Assembly (NCBI GenBank): GCA_011109175.1
Contig: RDEW01000027.1
Location: 198,239-261,799, forward strand
DNA length: 63,561 nt
Direction: 5' to 3'
From: Dicyema japonicum
Lineage: Eukaryota > Animalia > Dicyemida
Shown here: positions 13,013 to 26,100 of the stretch, in pieces
How positions within the stretch are numbered: position 1 is the first letter of the stretch
How the letters are laid out: the number at the start of each line of letters is the position of its first letter
Translations under genes and position numbers: made by a program
The notes under the pieces: generated by a model
Databases searched by the model: none
Told to the model about the DNA's origin: nothing
Seen by the model: only the letters and a program-made list of their open reading frames with translations

Positions 13013-13553
13013 TTAATCAATGCAATAAATATGCGCCATTCCTCGAAATGTGGGAGTTTCCACAGCACTTTCAGATTTATAGAAATGATATAAATTTTTC
13101 GAGTGATTAATCAAATAGACTCCAGGTCCTTTAATTCCTATAATTTTGGGATTGGTTCCAACAAATATGTTGTCATCCAATTGATCACTTTTGTAGATAT
13201 TAATATCATCTTCCACGTGCACAAGTGTTGAGTTGGCGACGAAGAATTCAGACTGTATTGAAATACACTGAGACAGAAAATTCTCTTTTTTTGAACGCTT
13301 CAGAATCAAAGCGATATTTCCGGTGGCAGAACTCGCCAGAATTATGCCTAAACCCATAAAGTAACAAATAACTCAATAATATAATGACTATCACGTAGAA
13401 TTTGCTCGTGAGTTGTTTTCGCTGCAAAATCAAAAGATTCTTCTTTTGTTCTCTCAATTTCATTTTTCTGTAGAAATCCCCAGCGGATTTGATGCTGCTT
13501 GAATCAATAGAGTTCTCAAAAAATTTAATGTCTATTGGCCTCATTGTAATCAT
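13013..13553 (-). CDS. Orphan predicted type II membrane protein, 171 aa, 2 exons
   Basis: A 25-nt GT-AG intron (13348-13372) joins two track ORFs in frame and creates the hydrophobic segment FYVIVIILLSIILASSATGNIALIL. Confidence 0.6.
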
Positions 13554-14379
13554 CTATCGTTCGCAGCTAAATAAAGTTGGACATTTCATTAAAAAACCAA
13601 ATTTAGACATTTTGTGAAACGTAATTTATAATATCCAATTTAAGTGAAGATTTTTGAAACTATGAACGTGATTAAGGTTTCCGGTTAAGATTTCATTTTT
13701 GCTTCAAACCAACTTGTTGAAGTGCCTTTAATCTTAAGGATAAGAGAAGTTACTGATTCTAATGGGAGAGAAGTGATATTGATTAGTTGGTGGTCAAATT
13801 CTCTATGGAAAGGAGAGTGATTCCCAGCAACGTCGGAAGGTTGAGGTGGTGAAGTACTTTTATTGCAAAAACACAGCTTCATGATAGATGAAAATCCTTA
13901 TTTTATTTCTTTTCGTAAAGGTAATGAATTCAGGAGACATCATGAATTTCTAACAAAAAAGTGTCAGATGCACTTAGGAAGATGGTTCGAATCTCGTCCA
14001 TTGAAAAAACTTAAGGATCACCTATCAGAGGATGAACACACATAAAATAGTTAATATGATTATAATAATTTCTGTCAATCTTTGACATAGTAAAACTACC
14101 TACTTTTGTAGCCAGTAGACCCAACCTATCTGACTTACCAAGCAACTAAATACAATCGACCCACTCAAATTGGCAATTTTTGGTTCCTTAGAATTTTGTG
14201 ACCAATTTGGCCAATTTAAAACTAAAATCAATAATTTTGAAAAACAATAAGCAAATTTTTTAGAAAAATGCTTTAAATGAATAAAAAACATATTTAATTC
14301 TTACTGTTTTTCTTTGCTTCAATAATACTCGCTTTGTACTTTCTTATTGAGAAAGAGCAAAATTTAATTCTTAATTCTC

Positions 14380-14580
14380 AACAAATCATCGGGAGCCGTT
14401 GGTCCAATGACGGCTGAATTCTTGCAAGAACTCGGAGGATTGCTTGCCAGAAAGAAAAGGGATCAACGAGAAGGGTTATGGCTAAGACAAAAGATCGGAA
14501 TAGCCATACTCCGAGGGAACTCGTTCGCAATCCACGCAGCAGGCTTCCTCAACTGACATCTGTTTAATTGTTAAAAAAAA
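14380..14580 (+). mobile_element. CRE-like REL retrotransposon 3' end
   Basis: GAVGPMTAEFLQELG...WLRQKIGIAILRGNS followed by an A-rich tail. Confidence 0.7.
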
Positions 14581-14619
14581 AATTCTCAACATTAGATAAG
14601 AGTTCCCTCTATTGAAATT

Positions 14620-14840
14620 ATTATTAAAAGCACTTCCGAAAAAACATAAATTAGTTAAGTTTCCCTTGTGCCTTATTCCTAATCATTCTCTCTGTCAACC
14701 TCGACCATGATCCTCTGTTGTCCGCTAGTTCTCTTAGGTAATCCAGATCGTCCGCCGAAATTAGTCTCATACCAACCGCCAATAGGTCTTCGTTCAAGAT
14801 AGTCGGAAGTGTCATTCTTGGTCTTCCGTGAAATCCGTCT
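14620..14840 (-). mobile_element. RTE LINE 3' end
   Basis: GRPRMTLPTILNEDLLAVGMRLISADDLDYL motif; terminal AAGTGCT+(TAA)n. Confidence 0.7.
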
Positions 14841-15056
14841 CCTGTGTGTGCAAAGTAAATCTAACTAAAATATATTTTTTGTCTACATGTATTATTTTTT
14901 CCGATTCTTGTATAATAAATAGAAAGCAGAACCAAGGAATGCTTCTTTTTTTGTTGTTGTTTGTCTATGTTATTATGTCACATGCGATATTGCATTCATG
15001 CGTTAGTTAAAATATACGTGTGTTACCACGGCAACGATTATTAGATTGAATGTTGG

Positions 15057-15226
15057 AGAACAAATGAATTAACAATCAACAATTTTATTAACAAGAAATT
15101 AGGAGTTAGAGGGTATATTATTATAGTCCTGCTCCTAAGCTAGAACAAATGAATTAACAATCAACAATTTTATTAACAAGAAATTAGGAGTTAGAGGGTA
15201 TATTATTATAGTCCTGCTCCTAAGCT
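15057..15226. repeat. Perfect tandem duplication, 2 x 85 bp
   Basis: agaacaaatgaatt...gctcctaagct starts at 15057 and again at 15142. Confidence 0.95.
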
Positions 15227-15747
15227 TGGGCATTTCGCCAGATTCCCTCTCTTCATTAGTCAAGCTAGAGGTCCAAACGGGGATCCCAAAATGCAACCTA
15301 ATACTAATTTTGAAGTAAGGCAGTCTATTCTTTAATATCCAAAAACAAAACCGGACAAATCTTAAAACAATAATGCGCTACATAAAATCTCACCATGTTA
15401 TGGTAACCCGAATTTTTTCAGGGACAAACTTGGATTGGTTCCATAATAGTTCATAATCTGATGCGTTAATTAGTTAACATGTACACGTCTCCTTCTTCGA
15501 AGTCATACTTAGAGACATGGGCATCTTTTTTATTCCTCTTCTTTATTAGTTTGAGTCTGAATTGGGCGGCTCAACGCCAAAGGTAAAATCACATTTTTTG
15601 CTTTCAGGCCCATTCTCAGACTGTAGATACTCGAAATGGCCGAATTCATGAAAAATTTTCTGTTCGCTTTTGTTCTCTAAATTTTTCGTAATTAGAATTT
15701 TGAATACACATCAACATTGAATTTTCAAACTTAAATTCAAAGTAAAA

Positions 15748-15945
15748 TTAAGACCTTCTGAGATCGAGTAAATCAGCTTGAAATCGTTCATTAGGACATG
15801 AAGCAAACAAGTAATTTGAAGAATCAGAAAGTTTTAAAAGAACCGAGAAGCGGCGAATGTCACATTTATTCACGGTTTTTTTATGATCTCTCTCTTGGTC
15901 AAAAAGAATCTTTTTGACAAACGTTTTCGTGGGCGATCTTTTCAC
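15748..15945 (-). pseudogene. Possible integrase-core remnant
   Basis: CPNERFQADLLDL resembles the first catalytic motif (NER.Q.DL.D) of rve-type integrases; ORF is short and broken. Confidence 0.35.
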
Positions 15946-16656
15946 AATAGGTTATGAAATGAATTTGGTTCGGATAAGTTTCATATCTGTAGGCTCAACG
16001 GATAAACACCTAGCCAAGCTGAGAGCTCTGTTGAAGAGGGCTTGGGGATCACATTGTTATCTATTTTTTTGTTTTAACAGATATAAAATATGAAAATTCC
16101 ATCATTTATTATCACTTGCATGCACGTGAGATTTATTTACTTGTTTTAATAACCACGGGTATACCCGAAAGAGGTTTTACCAACTTTCTTCGATCGGAGT
16201 GGGATTTATCCTATCCAAGAATCACGTCCATCAATATTTGTCATTGTGGAAACCTCTCCGCTGAAAAAGAGATCAAGGAAAGTGTTGAATCCACGAATTG
16301 TAGGTTCAAATCTCGTCAATAATTATTTTCTGCATTTAAACTTATAAAAAATTTATTTTTTACCCCGGTACCTTCGAGTGAAGGAAACCGGTAGCTAACA
16401 AGGACGTACAGCCAAGAGCGGACGCTTTCAGAAATTTGAAAAATATATTTGGTTTTGTGCAGAACTCGGAGGTAGACTTGGACAAGAGAATAGGTGGCCC
16501 GTATTCTGGTCGTCAAGAAGGCATGATGAGCAAGTATTGTCTGATTCTGTTCTGACTTATAAAAGATGGGCAAACTAATTTTTTATTTTTAATTAAAATT
16601 TTATTAACTTTAAAAATAAAAAAAAACTAAATAATTTAAAATTTATATAGAAACGG

Positions 16657-17949
16657 ATGAAAAACTGTGATGCAATATCAGACATCTACAAAACCGACTT
16701 GTTTAAGGTTTGTCCCCACAAAAGGTAGTCTCTTAAATTTCAAAAAAGATATTTTAATATTTATCCTGGGGAATACATCATAAGAAGATTCTCTGATGTC
16801 ATTAATATTAGGCCTTATTCCGAGGTTTTAGGTATTTTTTAATCACTGTGACTCCAGGTGTCTTAACTGTGACCAATTTAAGAATTACGTGGGTCGGTAA
16901 TTTCGATAAAATGGTGAATCGATTTTGTAGGAAAATTGTTTGATTTAGATTTTGGATTCGAGGTCGTATACGAAGTAAAATCAAAATTTTCGTCTTCGGT
17001 AGTTAAATATTTAACGACAGAAAATTTTTGGGGGTTCTGAGGCTTTACAAATCCTCGTGAATTATTTGGGGAATAAATTCCAGTTTTTGTTTCAATACAA
17101 GGTTACATGTTTCCATCACATAGAATGCCAAACTAACAAATCTCCACGACGTTATTTCGTCCGTTTGGAGGTTATTCCGTATTTTACTAAATTCAGAGCC
17201 TTCCAATCATCAAAAATATACCGTTCCGTGAAATCTTGCCAGATTTTTTCACAAAGAAAATTTCTCAAGTTACTTCCCGAAGAGAAGCTCGAGAAGAGTT
17301 ACGATGGAATCAACGCCTTGGAAACGGGGAAAGTCATCATTATTATTGTATGTTGAGGGAATCATGGGGACGATGTACTTGACAAATATTCGGGTTGTCT
17401 GGATCGGCATGGGAAATGAAATGTACAACGTTAGCATTTCTTACTATCATTTGGTACCTCTTTTAAAGTTAGGCAGAAATATCCGGTTGTATATGTCAAC
17501 TCCAGTTTCGGGCGGGTTCTTGGTTTTAGAATCTCAAAATTGGTATTTTTGTTTGTTTAAAATTAAAAGAAAAACTGCAATTATGGATTCAAAGCAAAAA
17601 ATGAGGAACAGTCGGAGATCATATTAAAGCGCGTGAACCATTTACTCATGAAATACCGAGAAAAGCCAATATTTGGTGTCATTTTAAATAAGGAGGATGT
17701 TTATGTTTGAGTGATTGAAGGACCAGGAACCACGGGAGTGCAGTGAAGTGGAGTATGAAAACGTGGATACGGATGAGAAGACTGAAGAAGTTAAAGATAT
17801 GATTGGGGTAAGCATTTAAAGAGAAATAGACGTATATGCTTGCTAAGGAAAATCATAACTCTGAAATTATGTTCTCTGAAAAATATCAGATAGCATTTGA
17901 AAAACCGATTGGCGACTACACAATCGAGGACTTATGGAATGTTCTATAA
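16657..17949 (+). CDS. BBS5: Bardet-Biedl syndrome 5 protein (BBSome subunit), 344 aa, 12 exons
   Basis: 11 GT-AG introns of 21,26,22,22,22,26,25,23,27,22,22 nt. Spliced product has GVLTVTNLRITW, GSEALQIL, AFQSSKIYR, LKLLPEE, GTMYLTNIRVVW..YNVSISY, KPIFG and IAFEK...TIEDLWNV, collinear with human BBS5. Confidence 0.92.
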
Positions 17950-18039
17950 AATATTAATAAATTTTATTTAATTCCATTAAAATTAATATTATACTTTTTA
18001 AATAAATATTAGCAAATCACTATTTCCTCCATTGTACTA

Positions 18040-18460
18040 CGCTCGGAACTCCTTTCATAGAATGCAGCTCAGATAAATTCTAAGAATTTCCTGGCCAAAG
18101 CACATCTCAAACAAACACCTCTATTCCCATTACAATATCCACCCATTGGACGGAGAAATAAGAAGTAACAGATGGGGCTTATTTGGTCACATCCTAAGAA
18201 TGGACAGGAATACTCCCGCTAATCTTGCGATGGAACACCACTATGCTCCTCATCCGGGATCGACTTTCCGGGGAAGACCACGAATTACTCTACCAACCCT
18301 TCTACATCAAGACCTAACTTCGATTGGGAAAGGGTTGAGGTCGGCAGATGATCTTGAGCACCTGAGGGACCTATCGAGGAACAGAGGGAACTGGAAGCGA
18401 TTAATGAAACGCATCCCGGAGAGGGTGGCACAAGCGAAATAACTTTACTAATAATAATAC
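18040..18460 (+). mobile_element. RTE LINE 3' fragment
   Basis: RWGLFGHILRMDRNTPANLAM...FRGRPRITLP...W plus (TAA)n tail. Confidence 0.85.
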
Positions 18461-20039
18461 TGCGCTAGATAATCGTGGAGGCTTGTGGGAGTAGTTGTGT
18501 GATCTTGACTTATAGTAATAGAGATTGCAGAGATAACATGTTTATAGACATCAAAAATGATGTAAATTGAAGACATTTTATTTTTTGAGTTCTACCGCTG
18601 CTTGGACTCTTTTTAAATGAACCTAGGACCTTACTTCTTTTAGGTAGCCTGTCATCCTCTTCTCAATTACTTTTTCAATCATTTTGATAGCCACCCTCAT
18701 CATTCTCAACGGTTACATCCATTCGTTTTTGGAGAGCAATTTTTATTGTTACTCCCCTCAACTTCTTCAACAGTGCTACAATCAGCTTTTTGTTTTGTGA
18801 AAAGTACAATCCTTCAAGAGTGTAAATGGGGTAGGAAAGCACTGTTTGTGTGTGACGAATAGAAATGTCTCCCAATCAAGCATTGGTTTCATACATAGAA
18901 TTGCCTGATGTGTTTTCTTTCTCCATGTCTCGTTAAGTTTTTTTTATCAAAAACAACACCCAGGTATTTTAGGGACTCAACATGATTGATTTTACCCAAA
19001 GAGTTCGCTCAACTCCACGTTTTCTGAGTCATAAAAACTTCATTACATTAGTTTTTTTAGTCGGAATGTTTGATCCCTGTAAGCCACATCGACTCCTGAT
19101 TTCTTCTATATAGTTTTTTTTCCGAGAGAGTACTTGTTCGATTATTAATTTAATTTATTTACACCAATAAAAAACTTAAAGTAAAAACTAATTAATTGGA
19201 CCCAGTTTCACGTCTACAAAAACAGAGTCCATCCGGAATCTGTATAAAAGGTAAAAGACGTCCATTATTTTCGGATAATTAATAATCGTTCAATAATACG
19301 AAGTGAAACAAATTTCGTAACGTGACACAAACGGGACCTTAGTTAATCTAACGTTTTTGGTTTTGTGAAAGTGCTTTTTAAAAATATGCAAAGTTTAGTT
19401 TTCATTTACCTTAATTTAAACAGAAAAATGTAAATAAATTTATGTGTTATAAAATAATTGTAACTTTTTAAAATAAATTTTAATGATCTATTTTTTTAGT
19501 TTAACGGTTGAGAGAACTGGCGGTGAAATGAGTTTTCCATATGATTTGGGTATTTTCGGCCAAAATTTAGGATGTATAAAGTCAAAAAATCGCCCTAGTT
19601 ATAAGAGTCAAAGATGATAGATCTGCATATTTTAAAAATCGTCAATTCAAGTCAGCTCCAGTAAAATCGAATTTCATTTTTGATCAAATCAATCAAATCA
19701 TAATTCCAATCAGATTTGTTTGATGAACGATATTGCCCAAATTTTCAAAAAATTATAGGTCACCTATTTGTAAGTTTAGTTTACTTTATTGACTCGGTAT
19801 ATATTGAGTAATTAGTTATTTATTTAATAACCCCAAAAAGGGAACACCAAGAAAGAAGGAGTAAACCAACTAATTAAGTGATCCCGGTACGAGTAATTAG
19901 TTAATAGTCAACAATTAATTAAGGAATCTCTAAATTTGAGAAAACAACGTCATTCAAAATTTCATTAAATTAAATTAATTTTTAATTAAATATATGATTA
20001 TAATAAATTAATTAATTATTTGTGTTTTAATTTCAAACT

Positions 20040-20845
20040 ATGATATTTCTCTTTGTTTTGATACATAATTGTATCCATTTTTCTAATATAAGTACATTCA
20101 ATATGTGAGTCGAACTTTTATAACAATAAACGGGACAACGAATTCAATGGGCATTGCTATGAGCTGTTCACTGATCGCCTTAATTGGTATAATGCCAGAA
20201 ATCACTGCAAGTCGAAAAACGGAGATTTGGTAGAATTGTTAGCTGTAATAATAAGGTTTCAATAAAGTCTAAAGCGGTTTTCAACTTTATTTCCAATTTG
20301 CTGAATGGAATAAATAATAAAAATGATTTGAATGTCTTCACCGGTGGACACAAATATGACGGAAGTTGGTATTGGCTAAACAAAAGTCTTATGTTTGATG
20401 ATTCCATTAGATAATCCTATAATTTTAGAAAATTGGAGAACAGATAGAGGTGCTTTGTTTGGGAGTTGTATTTGTCTCTGGATCAAATCTGACTGGATAT
20501 TCGATGTCTGCTCATGCGAGCATACTACGTCGAAATCGGCATTTATCTGCGAAATTCGTACCTTTTCTACTTTACTTTAAGCTGCCAAGCCTCTTGTTCC
20601 TCGAAGGAGTTGATTTTATCTTTCACTTTAGGTTCTCTTACTGTTCTACAGATATTTGGAATTGTTCTTCTCTCTGTTGATGGACTGATTCTTGTGATCT
20701 ATTTTAAATAGTGAAATTTGACCTAATTTCCAGCCGAAGATATGCTGCAAGAACAAGAAACTTTATGTTTACTTTTACCAAGGAATCTACTCGTCGACAA
20801 ACGAAACAAAATCATCCGCCATCTTACTCTGAGGTCGTTAATTAA
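20040..20845 (+). CDS. Type I transmembrane C-type lectin-domain protein, 221 aa, 7 exons
   Basis: Six introns (20071-92, 20245-67, 20386-410, 20558-81, 20609-31, 20711-33). Signal-like MIFLFVLIH; CTLD motifs GHCY..F....NWYNARNHC, SWYW, C..C....W..D..C and FICE; TM LTVLQIFGIVLLSVDGLILVIYF; tail ending HPPSYSEVVN. Confidence 0.85.
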
Positions 20846-21046
20846 CTGGATTTATTTATCTTTGATTGGTGTAGGTGGTCTTATGTTTGATTTGGCTCGA
20901 TTTAATATCCAAGATTTACTCGATATTTGTTATTCCACCTCTCAACTAGATCATTCACTGGGGGAGATCTGACAGATATTTACTGGATGTTTATATAGAT
21001 TAACCTATGTTGTTTCATGAACTTTTTTGGTATATTTAGGTTAACT

Positions 21047-21365
21047 GGCCCAGTGTAACGAATGCGGGGGTAAAAGGCCTGATGGTCCCTATTCGAATCT
21101 CGCTGCCGCATATTCTAGCTGAAGGTTTCACGCATCTACGATGCTTTGCTTGACGAGTGACGCGGTCGTCAGTGAACATCTCACTGAGGAACCGGTTCGT
21201 CTACAAAAGGACTCAAACCCAACGAAAATAAAAAAGAAGTCAAGAGCATTCCTTAGGTTCTCCTTCATCGATTTGCTATGATTACAGTTTTTTGTTTAAA
21301 ATAAAGTGTGTCCTTCCAGGGGGAGCTATGCTAATATAGGTCTTCGTAAAGTGCATTATCATATA
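21047..21365 (+). mobile_element. tRNA-headed SINE, copy B
   Basis: Degenerate B-box ATTCGAATC; core GCATCTACGATGC...TGACGAGTGACG shared with 26101-26558 and 37609-37920; AAATAAAGTGTG box. Confidence 0.7.
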
Positions 21366-21719
21366 GGTGGACTCCGGTATGGATTGTATCCGCAAGTTAT
21401 GAAGTGAAGAACTGGTACATGACGAATGTAACCTCACTTCCCTGTTTTTAATGTGGACGGATGGAGTGACTTAATGTGTACGTGGTGAGCCTACATAATC
21501 AATTTTAATGTAATTTCACTTTTATCTTCCATCTTTTAGAGGGGGACCACTTATCTTATCATAGTCCATCTTTGAGTTCTGAGTCCATCAGATCAACCTG
21601 ATGATTTCTTGGAAAGTTCGCTTTTGGTAGTTGCTTTAACGTTAACCACCAGTTTCTATCACTATATTAAAATGGGGGTAATAAATAATTTTTTAAGTGT
21701 GATTTACCTCGTCTAATCA

Positions 21720-21870
21720 CAATATAGTTAGTCAGTTAAGAGCTCTTTCGCGTGGCCCTAAAAGGGGTTCGCTTGAGCCATGTTTTGCAGCCATCCTCCT
21801 CGCCATCCTCGCCCACGCCATCTTGTTCCTGGCCCTCATTCGAACATCATCCAGATCGTCCGCTGTTAAT
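21720..21870 (-). mobile_element. RTE LINE extreme 3' end
   Basis: Translates ADDLDDVRMRARNKMAW, matching ADDLEHLRDLSRNRGNW at 18340. Confidence 0.6.
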
Positions 21871-23036
21871 CACAATATATTCTCTGATTAAAAATCGCAT
21901 TAAAATCAGCTCTAAATTTTTTGAATTTTTTACTGTAATTGACTGAATGTCGTTGTCTTTCATTTAATAATAACACCACATCGCCCATCTATTCAAATGA
22001 AAGAAATCGGTGGCTATCATGAACGTAACATCAAAAAGGGGTCGCTCGCATAAATTAGTCAGATGGATCTGCATGACGGATCATATGATGACACGTTTAT
22101 GAAGAAAAGAAATTGAGGAAAGGACAAAAATGCAAGCGAGGTGATAGAATCCAGTTATAGATCATAATAATAATAACACCAGAGACCGCGGTTACATAAA
22201 CTTACTAATCAAGTGATTCCGCACGCTCTAGCAGGGAACTCATCTTGGCCCGATGCTCCTTCCTCGACCCCACACAAGCACGTTTGGTCGAGTGACTGGA
22301 TCTTCGCAGTCACGACGGCGCGTTACATGGGTCATTCTTATTAAGGCTTCAAAAGACATTGGTGGCTGGAACTCTCCAGAAATCCAGCGTTCTGTGATTT
22401 TGGAGGCTCTTTTTAGGCTAGTCTCGATCTTCTACTAAAGTAGCTGGTAACAGAGAAACGAGAAATTTCAATTATTTATCAGTAGGGAGGAAATTGTCCT
22501 ATTTAGGACATTAATTTAATTTTTAATTTATTAACCCAGGATACACCAAGAAAGAAGTTAAAGTAAACAACTAATTAAGTGTATCCAGTTTCCATAGAAA
22601 CAGATCCATCCGTAATCATCATGAAGGGTAAAAGACGTCCATACTTGCAGTTGTGGAAACCCCTCCAGTGGAGTGGGGAAATCCTATTTCAACGATAAAA
22701 TTGTCCTAAAATAGGACATAATTATTTTGGTTATTTTTTTTAATTTTGTTAGTATTTTTTAATCTTTTTAAATTACACGTTATAAAATGTTTTTTTGTTG
22801 TATTTCTTTCAACAAATGTCAGAGGATATTGGGAGTGACATTTGATATGCACCTTTGTTTATCACTCCATACTGAAAACATACTCACAAAATGCGTAAGG
22901 AAAATTAATATTCTAAAGACCTTATCTGGAATATGGAAGGTTGGTATCTACCCAGTACTGAAGAACATATATAAGCAGTACATCGAGCCATGTATCTCAT
23001 ATTCATGTGCTTCGTGGGGACCCTGCATCTCATATA

Positions 23037-24880
23037 CAGTCCGACCCCAAATTGGGGCAGACCCCAGGGGTGGGGCACCCTCGGATTTTGGGGCATTTTT
23101 TATTTGGCCAACATTTTGGCAGAGTAAAATGGAAAATCGATAAAAAAAAATATGGAAATTTTGGGGCACTATAAAATTGTCGACCCCAAATTGGGGCAGA
23201 CCCCAGGGGTGGGGCACCCTCGGATTTTGGGGCATTTTTTATTTGGCCAACATTTTGGCAGAGTAAAATGGAAAATCGATAAAAAAAAATATGGAAATTT
23301 TGGGGCACTATAAAATTGTGGGGAATGAAATTATAAGTAAATAAAATTATATTTTATTAATAAATATATAATTTTAATTTACACGTTTATTTACATTTTT
23401 TGTTGTGAATGGTTATCAACTACGAAACAAAATTAACGATTGCTAAATTGATATTGAAGAACAAATTATCTGAAAGACAGATAATTAAAAAATACAAAAC
23501 TAGTAAAGGCATGATTTCGCGAATAAAAAAACAATTGTACCTTTTCTTGAACAAGGAACTGTAAACACGGATGAGGATCCTATGCCTTATTGTGAGAAAT
23601 CTAAATTCGATGATCAAGTTTTTGAAATATTTCAGAAACTACGCGAAGATAAGGTTCCAATATCAGGTCCTTTCATAAAGAAAATTGCCTTATATACGGC
23701 TTCAAAAATTGGATTTGATACTTTCAAAGCTTCAAACGGCTGGCTTGACAGATTTAAAAAGCGACATGAACTGAAATTTAAATCAATTTGTGGAGAAAAA
23801 AATTCATGTGACTTGACTTACATCAATGAGTTTTTTAAAATTCTTGATGAGAAAATTATTCAATATGGAAGACAAAATGTTTTTAATTGTGATGAAACTG
23901 CTCTTTATATAAAAAGGACTCCACGAAAGTCGTTTGTCGGAATAAATGACGATACTTTTGGCTTTAAACAGGGAAAAGAAAGAGTCACTGTACTTCTTTG
24001 TTGCAATTCCATGGGGGAAAAACTTGAGCCATTGATTGTTGGAAAATTTAAAAACCCTCGATGTCTCAAAAATTTCAATGTGAAAGATTTTGGAATTTCA
24101 TATTCATCCTCTAAAAATGCATGGATGACTGGAAATATTTTTATGAGCTGGTTGACTCGGATAAATGAAAGATTTTATACAATCAACAGAAAAGTATTAA
24201 TATTGCTTGATAATGCGGGATGTCATAAAACTATTGAATGCTCAAATATTGAGTTTTTATTTTTGCCAAAAAATACAACACCGTATTTGCAACCATTGGA
24301 TATGGGAATTATCAAGACCTTTAAAGATTATTACTCAAATTATCTGATTCAGTATTTGTGTTTTGAGGAGGATGATGATGAATTCAAACGGTTGATAAAC
24401 AAAATAAACCTTCGTCATGTAATTCTGCTAATTTCTAAAAGCTGGGAAAAACTTGATCCAAGTTTAATATTTAATTGTTGGAATCAAATTGAAAAGATTC
24501 GTGATTCCGTAAAAAATGAAGATACCATTACAGAAGAAATGATCAACAATGCCGTAAACGAAACATTGAATGGGGAAAGTGACGAATTCGTTGATAATAT
24601 TTACAACGAAGGTTTAGAAAACGATAACATGGAAACAATTCTAAGAGAAACGCAAGATTCTCTTGATCAGTTAGAGAAGAAAATCATTACATATCTCCTG
24701 AAATGCTCAAAGAATTTTACGATTTTTGACTTAATTTTATGAAAAATGTAAGAAGTAAAAGGATAAATGGGGATAAATTAACTGATTATTTTTCTAAAAT
24801 TGATTTTTGATGTTTAAAATCTCTGTTTTATTAAACCCCTGTTTTTGGGGCACTTGGTTCCCCAATTCGGGGTCGGACTG
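23037..24880 (+). mobile_element. Tigger/pogo DNA transposon
   Basis: TIRs CAGTCCGACCCC(A/G)AATTGGGG at 23037 and 24880 with TA TSDs. It interrupts a LINE fragment whose frame rejoins across it (ISY|TNKRKVEEMQKKMF). Confidence 0.95.
23409..24742 (+). CDS. Tigger/pogo transposase (psq-HTH, CENP-B HTH, DDE_1); one frameshift at A7 (23525-23531)
   Basis: 23409-23564 encodes an HTH. 23582-24742 has ASNGWLDRFKKRH and an intact triad NCDET / LLDNAG / QPLDMG. Confidence 0.85.
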
Positions 24881-26100
24881 TACAAATAAAAGAAAAGTGG
24901 AGGAAATGCAGAAGAAAATGTTCAGGAGTGTTTAAATAAATAAAATAAATTAGCAGTCTTATTTAATGACAGGTTTGTATTTTTTAAATTATCAAAATTA
25001 TTAGAACTCAGAGGAAAATACAAGGAACAAATTTCAAAAGCAATTTCCAAAAACTCATACATACTTACAAGAACACCTAAAGGAGATTTATTTTTGCCAA
25101 AAATGCTCAAGATAGTAAAATCATATAAACAATACTACATCGATCGACATCTTAATGGAAAAAAACATCCGACAAAATGTCAAAAAAGTATAGAAACCAC
25201 TTAACTTATTCTTAATAAAAATAACCAAAAAAAACTGGATATCTTTTTGGTTAAAGCATTTTTAAATTCCGATATTTCAGTTCAAAAATTAGGGAATAGT
25301 TATATAAAAACTCTTTGACCACAAACACGGTATGAAGGTTTCTGGTGAAGAGTACACTTCTGCCACCTCTCAACTTGTGGAACCGGCAGGACATCCCACT
25401 GGACTTTAACAGAGATATTTCGACTGACTCTGATGTTGAGATGGGAAATAATAGGGAATTGATGGCACACTCTTCTTCTAATAGAAGGAAAGGGATTACC
25501 AGCAATCTGGATTAAAATCCGCTTGATTAGATAGTTTACTCGTTCTACTTTGTTAATCATGATAGTTAAATTAAATTATCATGTCCATTCAATTACAGCA
25601 CTCCTAAAAAAATACATAAACTTTATTATTAATTATTATTTAAAAAAACAATTCTATTTAATCATTGATGAATGCAACATTAACGAAAATAATATTAAAT
25701 TTAATTGTCGGGAAAATTTGCAATCCAGAGACTTTATACATCAGCCATTATTATAAGCCAAATAAACACCGTCTTAACCACTAACTAATATTCAGGTGAT
25801 CCCGGCATCTCTCAATAATCGGGCCATCTTTTCTCGATGCTCCGACCGTGACCCCACACATTTTCTATACGGTATATTGAGCTATAAATTTGATACATTT
25901 GAATTCAATTCTAATTAAAAATTTCAAATCTGATGTTATATCAGAAATTTAAATGAAAACAACATTGAAAAATATTTCAAATTATAATTTTAACAATGGA
26001 TAATTTTTTGTTAATTTATATATAAATTCTCTTAAACGATTTTTAGGTTGGTAATTTTTGTGAATAATTTAAGTATTTGTGATACTTTGTTTCCATTAAA

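Noticed and set aside
13685-14045. Two opposed 60-65 aa ORFs
   Set aside because: No recognisable homology or consistent splice model.
16316-16573. Region open on both strands upstream of BBS5
   Set aside because: No ATG and no homology on either strand.
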